Origin: Dehalococcoidia bacterium | GTDB taxonomy: Bacteria > Chloroflexota > Dehalococcoidia > Bin125 | Assembly (NCBI GenBank): GCA_963663235.2 | Contig: CAXXNO010000004.1 | Span: 384,001-448,000 of the forward strand | Direction of reading: 5' to 3' | Length of the DNA: 64,000 bases | Part shown: one piece after another, positions 59,233 through 64,000 of the stretch | Layout: each line of letters opens with the position of its first letter | How positions within the stretch are numbered: position 1 is the stretch's first letter | The notes under the pieces: generated by a model | The model's database searches: none | What the model was told of the DNA's origin: nothing | Seen by the model: the letters and a program-made list of their open reading frames with translations, nothing else | Translations under genes and position numbers: made by a program

Positions 59233-60564
59233 ATGCTGCAAGGAGCAACTCGCCCGATGTCAAGCGGCGGCTCGATCCGCGGCTCGATCCGCGGCAAGTG
59301 GCTGCGGCTGCTGCTGGCACTGGGGCTGGGCGTGGTGGCCTTCGCGCTGGTGGTCGCCGCGCTGCGCAGCCAGGAAGGTTCGGGCGGCGTCGTAACCGCG
59401 CCGGCGGTGACCAGCATCTCCATCGTCACCGCCGCGCGTGACGTCCCGGCGGGCCAGCGGATCACGGCGGAGATGCTGGAGTTGACCGCCATGCCTCCGG
59501 ATCTGGCCCTTGCGGATGCGTTCAACCGCTCGGAGCTGGTGACCGGGCGCTTCGCTCGGATTCCTATCTACCGGGGTGAACAGTTGGTTGAGGCCAAGCT
59601 GGCGTCGGTTGGCGACGGCGCCAGCGGCCTCAGCTACACCGTGCCCGACGGGTATCGCGCCATGGCGGTGGAAGTGGACAAGGTTGTGGGTGCGGGCGGC
59701 CTGCTGCGGCCCGGCGATCGGGTGGACGTGGTGGCCGTATTGATCGTCGGCGACGACGGGAACCGCGCCTTGACGATCGCCCAGAACGTGGAAGTGTTGG
59801 CGGTGGAGCAGAAGTTGATCAACGTGGTCCCGGCCGCTGAGGGCGCTACCGCAGGCAGCGACGGCACGCTGGTGGACCAGCCCGATGCGCAACCCAAGGG
59901 ATCGGTCGCGACGCTGGCGCTGACGCCGGAGCAGGCGCAGCAGGTCCTCCTGGCCGAAGTGGAGGGCAGCATCCGCCTGTCCGTGCGGGCGCCCGGCGAC
60001 TCGGCCGAGGTGGCGCTGCCGAACGCGTCGTTCGTGGAGAGCGCGAACGCCGGCGCCGGTCCGAACGGCTCGGAGACGGCCGTTCCGCTCAGTCAGGTCG
60101 TCCCCGAAGGGATGCGGACGATGGCCGTCGGCGTCGACAGAGTGATCGCCGCGGGCGGTCTGCTGCGGCCCGGCGACCGGGTGGACGTGCTGGCTCTGCT
60201 GGAGCTGCAGCAGACGGACGCCTCCGGCACGCAGATCGTCGACGAGGCGCGCGTGGTCACCATCGCCCAGTACGTACAGGTGCTGGCCGTCGAGCAACGC
60301 TTGCTGGAGGACCCCACGGTCTCCGCGTCCGACGCGATCGTCGATCAGTCCGCCACGTTGCCCTCCGCGACGGCGGTCACCTTGGCAGTGACCCCGCTGC
60401 AAGCGCAGCAGATCCTGCTGGCGGAGGCGCGCGGCGTGATCCGGCTCTCCCTGCGGCCCACGGATGAGACAGAGATCCTCGATCTGAACTACAGGGCGCT
60501 CCTGGCCGTCACGGATCCGCGGTTCCAGGGTCTGGTTGAAGAGGCGTTCCGCGAGTTGGGCTAG
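59233..60564 (+). CDS. cpaB: Flp pilus assembly protein CpaB/RcpC with a duplicated RcpC domain
   Basis: TM, SAF domain (VTAARDVPAG), then two copies of VPxGxRxMAVxVD...GGLLRPGDRVDV...VLAVEQ...TLAxTPxQAQ...IRLSxR. Confidence 0.88.
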   Translation: MLQGATRPMSSGGSIRGSIRGKWLRLLLALGLGVVAFALVVAALRSQEGSGGVVTAPAVTSISIVTAARDVPAGQRITAEMLELTAMPPDLALADAFNRSELVTGRFARIPIYRGEQLVEAKLASVGDGASGLSYTVPDGYRAMAVEVDKVVGAGGLLRPGDRVDVVAVLIVGDDGNRALTIAQNVEVLAVEQKLINVVPAAEGATAGSDGTLVDQPDAQPKGSVATLALTPEQAQQVLLAEVEGSIRLSVRAPGDSAEVALPNASFVESANAGAGPNGSETAVPLSQVVPEGMRTMAVGVDRVIAAGGLLRPGDRVDVLALLELQQTDASGTQIVDEARVVTIAQYVQVLAVEQRLLEDPTVSASDAIVDQSATLPSATAVTLAVTPLQAQQILLAEARGVIRLSLRPTDETEILDLNYRALLAVTDPRFQGLVEEAFRELG

Positions 60565-60583
60565 GAGTAAGTGGAGACGCGAA

Positions 60584-60967
60584 ATGCGTGACAAAATGGA
60601 CGCTACCCGCAGCGTGATGATCATCGACGAAGACCCCTCCTTCCGGGCGGAGTTGGCGGCGATGGTGAAGCCGGCGAACTGGGAGGCCGTGGCCGCCTCC
60701 GGCTACGGCGTGGAGGCGGCTTCGCTGGCGGAGGAGAAGCGGCCGCAACTGGTCCTGACGGCCGTGCAGGCGCCGGAGTCGCGGGCCATCCGGACCATCC
60801 GTTCGATCCGCGCGGTGCTGCCGGACACACCGGTGATCGCGTACTCGGAGATCACCGAGATGGCTGTGGTCCGACAGTTGCTGCAGGCCGGCGTGCGCGA
60901 CTTCTTGCCGCTCCCGCTGCACGACGACGACCTGCTGGACGCCATGACCGCGCCATGGCCGAGGTGA
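60584..60967 (+). CDS. Atypical receiver domain (N-terminal part of CpaE/TadZ)
   Basis: VMIIDED...PQLVLTAV...AGVRDFLPLP. It lacks the phospho-Asp and conserved Lys, and appears frameshifted from the next ORF. Confidence 0.72.
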   Translation: MRDKMDATRSVMIIDEDPSFRAELAAMVKPANWEAVAASGYGVEAASLAEEKRPQLVLTAVQAPESRAIRTIRSIRAVLPDTPVIAYSEITEMAVVRQLLQAGVRDFLPLPLHDDDLLDAMTAPWPR

Positions 60968-61815
60968 GCAACACCGCGGACGTGCCGGCCCGCGAGGGCG
61001 CCGCCGCGGGCGTGGTCCTGACGGTGTTCGGCGCCAAGGGCGGGATCGGCAAGTCCACCATCGCCACGAACCTGGCCACCGCGATCACCGGGCGGACGGA
61101 CCACTCGGTGCTGATCATCGACCTGGACACGCGCTTTGGCGACATCGCCATCATGATGGATATAGATGCGCCGGTGACGCTGGCGGATCTGGCCAGCAAC
61201 ATCGATACCCTGGACCGGCAGACGTTCCGCAACGCGCTGACGGAGCACGAGTCGGGCGTCTACGTGCTCTCGGCGCCGAAGCATCCGCGAGAGTGGCGAT
61301 CGATGAGCCCCGACCAGTTGCGACTGGTCGTGCAGATGGCGGCGCGGCTCTTCGATTACGTCATTCTCGATACGCCCGGCGCGCTCAACGATGTCGTTTC
61401 CATGGCCGTCGAGGAGGCCACACAGTTGATCCTGGTGACGAGCCTCGACATGTCCAGCATTAAGGACTCGGCGTACGTCCTTGATCTGTTGCAAAGCGAA
61501 GGCTATCCGGATCGGCGGCTGCTGCTGGTGGTCAACAACGTCAACCAGAATCACACGTTGTCCGCCGAAGACGTGGAACGGGTTCTGCTGCGCAATGTCG
61601 ACTGGCAGATCCCCTATGACGCGCGGGTGGTGCGCACGAGCCAGATCGGGTTGCCGGTGGTGGTCGCCAAGCCCAAGTCTCCGTCCTCGCGCTCGTTGGT
61701 GGCCTTGGCGGGTCATCTGACAGGCAACGTGTCGATGATCGAGGAGGCCCGCAAGACCGGATTCTTGCGCTGGCTGCCGCGGCGCTTGGGCTTCGGCGGC
61801 GCCGCCGCGGAATAA
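60955..61815 (+). CDS. cpaE: CpaE/TadZ MinD-like ATPase domain
   Basis: GAKGGIGKSTIATNLA, IDLDTRFGD, FDYVILDTP, IPYD. Confidence 0.85.
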   Translation: MAEVSNTADVPAREGAAAGVVLTVFGAKGGIGKSTIATNLATAITGRTDHSVLIIDLDTRFGDIAIMMDIDAPVTLADLASNIDTLDRQTFRNALTEHESGVYVLSAPKHPREWRSMSPDQLRLVVQMAARLFDYVILDTPGALNDVVSMAVEEATQLILVTSLDMSSIKDSAYVLDLLQSEGYPDRRLLLVVNNVNQNHTLSAEDVERVLLRNVDWQIPYDARVVRTSQIGLPVVVAKPKSPSSRSLVALAGHLTGNVSMIEEARKTGFLRWLPRRLGFGGAAAE

Positions 61816-61855
61816 GCGGCGCGCGATACAGCGATGGGAGTGACCACAGAGCGCT

Positions 61856-63247
61856 ATGGCGTTAAAAGCGGATTCTGACCAAGGCCGACTGTTCTCGTTC
61901 CGTCCCGCCACGAGCGGCCGGAACATTCGCGCTGTGTCGCCCGCGGAGGCGGGGCCGACGGTGCTGGCGGCGGCCGGCCCCGATCTGGTGGAACTGGCCG
62001 CGGCGATCCACGAGGCGTTGCTCAAACGGATAGACGGCGAGAAGCTGCACGGCGCCCCCGAAGCGGAGGCGCGCATCCTTGTGCAGGAGGCGGCCACGAC
62101 CCTGATCGCCGCGAGTGGGAACTCCCTCTACGGGGATATGCGGGACCAAGTGGTGGCGATGGTCACCGACGAAGTCCTTGGCCTGGGCCCGCTCCAGCCG
62201 CTGCTGAATGACCCCAGCATTTCCGAGATCATGGTGAACGGCGCGCACCAAGTCTTCTGCGAGCGCGACGGTGTGATCCGACTCACCGATCGGCGCTTCC
62301 GCGACGAAGCGCATGTGCGCCGCATCGCAGACCGCATTCTGGCCCAGATCGGCCGGCGCGTGGATGAAGCCTCTCCCCTGGTGGACGCGCGGCTGACCGA
62401 CGGCTCGCGCGTGAACGTGACGATCCCGCCGGCGACTCCCGGCTGCGTCACCATGACCATCCGGAAGTTCCGTGGTGACCGGCAGGGGATGGATGATCTG
62501 CTGCACGCCGGCGCATTTGACCGACGCATGCAGTATTTCCTCAACATCTGCGTCGAGAACAAGAAGAACATGCTGGTCGCCGGTGGCACGGGCAGCGGCA
62601 AGACGACGCTGCTGAACGCGCTCTCGGCATCCATTCCGAGCTCGGAGCGCATTGTGACCATTGAGGATCCGGTGGAGCTGTCGCTCCAGCAGTCGCACGT
62701 GATCGCCATGGAGGCGCGCCCGCCGGACCTGCGCGGGATGCACGCCATCACTCAGGGCGATCTGTTGCGGAACGCGTTGCGCATGCGGCCCGACCGGATC
62801 ATTGTGGGCGAGATCCGCGGCGCGGAGGCGTTCGACATGCTGCAGGCGATGAACACCGGCCATGACGGGTCGCTCAGCACGGTCCACGCCAACTCGCCCA
62901 GTGACGCACTGGCGCGGGTGGCGAACATGGTCTTGATGGCGGGCTTGGACCTGCCGGTCAGCGCCATCCGCGAGCAGCTCGCCTCGGCGGTGCATCTCAT
63001 TGTGCAACTTCAGCGCTTTCCCGATGGCGCGCGCCGCGTGGTGAAGATCGCCGAGATCACCGGCCTGGAGGGCCAGAGCGTCAGTTTGCAAGAGATCTTC
63101 ACCTTCCAGGCCGAAGGCCGAGGCGACGACAATCGGATCCGAGGCAGCTTCCACGCCACGGGGCTGCGGCCCACGTTCTCCGAGGCGCTCCTGGCCCGCG
63201 GCTGCGAGCTGCCGCCGGCGCTCTTCCTGGACGGCGTGGACGCATGA
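61856..63247 (+). CDS. cpaF: Tad pilus assembly ATPase CpaF/TadA
   Basis: [55 protein letters not shown]. Confidence 0.96.
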   Translation: MALKADSDQGRLFSFRPATSGRNIRAVSPAEAGPTVLAAAGPDLVELAAAIHEALLKRIDGEKLHGAPEAEARILVQEAATTLIAASGNSLYGDMRDQVVAMVTDEVLGLGPLQPLLNDPSISEIMVNGAHQVFCERDGVIRLTDRRFRDEAHVRRIADRILAQIGRRVDEASPLVDARLTDGSRVNVTIPPATPGCVTMTIRKFRGDRQGMDDLLHAGAFDRRMQYFLNICVENKKNMLVAGGTGSGKTTLLNALSASIPSSERIVTIEDPVELSLQQSHVIAMEARPPDLRGMHAITQGDLLRNALRMRPDRIIVGEIRGAEAFDMLQAMNTGHDGSLSTVHANSPSDALARVANMVLMAGLDLPVSAIREQLASAVHLIVQLQRFPDGARRVVKIAEITGLEGQSVSLQEIFTFQAEGRGDDNRIRGSFHATGLRPTFSEALLARGCELPPALFLDGVDA

Positions 63248-64000
63248 CGATCGAACTGGCCGCGGCGCTGGCTGCCGCGCTGGCCGTCTTCATGGCGGCG
63301 CGGGCACTTTGGGGCGGGCGCTCGCCGGCGCAACGCCGGATGACGGCCTGGTCCGGGGCGATCCAGCGCCACCGCGATATGGGGGAGGAAGCGCCGGAGA
63401 CCTCCGATGGGCAGACGACGATCCTGCGCGACGAGGCGGGAAGCGAGGGCGGTTCACGGCACGGGATGCTGCCGGGCTTCCACTGGCGGGCTCGCCGGGC
63501 CGCCAGGCTGGACCAGGCGGACCTCTCCCTGCGAGTCGGCGAGTACGCGGTGGTCTTGCTCGTGGTAGGCGCGCTGCTCACGGCGCTCGGCACAGTTGTG
63601 AGCGGATCCATTGTTGTGGGGCTGGGCGCCGGAGTGGTCGGCGTGGTCATGGGTGAGTGGCTGCTGGCCCGCCGCGCGAAGCAACGCCAGGCCCGCTTTC
63701 ACCAACAACTGCCGTCGGCGCTGCAGATGATGGCGACAGCGATGGAGGCCGGGTTCAGCATCCTGGACGCCGTGCGTCTGGTGAGCCAGGAGATGGGGGC
63801 GCCGTTGGGCTCCGAATTCACGCGCATCTTGGACGAGACGCGGAGCGGCGGATCGTTTGAGGAGAGCCTTCAGCGTTTGGTGACCCGTATCGGGAGCCGG
63901 GACCTCTACATCGTGGCGCGTGCGCTCCAGAGCCACCGCAAGGTCGGGGGCAACCTGGCGGAGATCTTCCACCAGGTTGGCGGCACCATGCGGGAGCGGG
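63244..64000 (+). CDS. tadB: TadB (type II secretion system F family), runs off the window
   Basis: Not in the ORF track. ATGA overlap with cpaF; manual translation ...FHQQLPSALQMMATAMEAGFS...PLGSEF...KVGGNLAEIFHQVGGTMRER. Confidence 0.9.
   Translation, partial: MTIELAAALAAALAVFMAARALWGGRSPAQRRMTAWSGAIQRHRDMGEEAPETSDGQTTILRDEAGSEGGSRHGMLPGFHWRARRAARLDQADLSLRVGEYAVVLLVVGALLTALGTVVSGSIVVGLGAGVVGVVMGEWLLARRAKQRQARFHQQLPSALQMMATAMEAGFSILDAVRLVSQEMGAPLGSEFTRILDETRSGGSFEESLQRLVTRIGSRDLYIVARALQSHRKVGGNLAEIFHQVGGTMRER

Overview
High-GC bacterial chromosome segment. It is most consistent with a monoderm Chloroflexota (Dehalococcoidia-like) organism; this is inferred from gene content and order and from a Tad locus with no secretin in its usual slot. 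Positions 1-35 kb are mostly housekeeping: HNH nuclease, cvpA, larBC, radC, tRNA-Thr/Tyr/Thr-tuf-rpmG-secE-nusG-rplKAJL with an L10 leader, yacL-ispD-ispF-cysS, gdhA, lysA-holB-ricT, and rpmH-rnpA-yidD-(beta-propeller lipoprotein)-yidC-jag-parA-parB with a parS site. Positions 35-48 kb are accessory metabolism: an SDR/thiolase-like/DUF35 module, an MfpsA-like glycosyltransferase with a glycosidase, and a B12 mutase carrying 2-hydroxyisobutyryl-CoA mutase signature residues followed by an amidase and a fused CoA-transferase. Positions 48.6-64 kb are a surface-appendage island. It holds a SipW/TasA-like fibre locus whose three substrates look like shaft, anchor and tip subunits, a secreted lectin-like gene broken at two poly-C tracts, and a Flp/Tad pilus operon. 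All the frameshift and nonsense lesions I could see fall in this island. All calls come from reading motifs by eye; no database searches were run.
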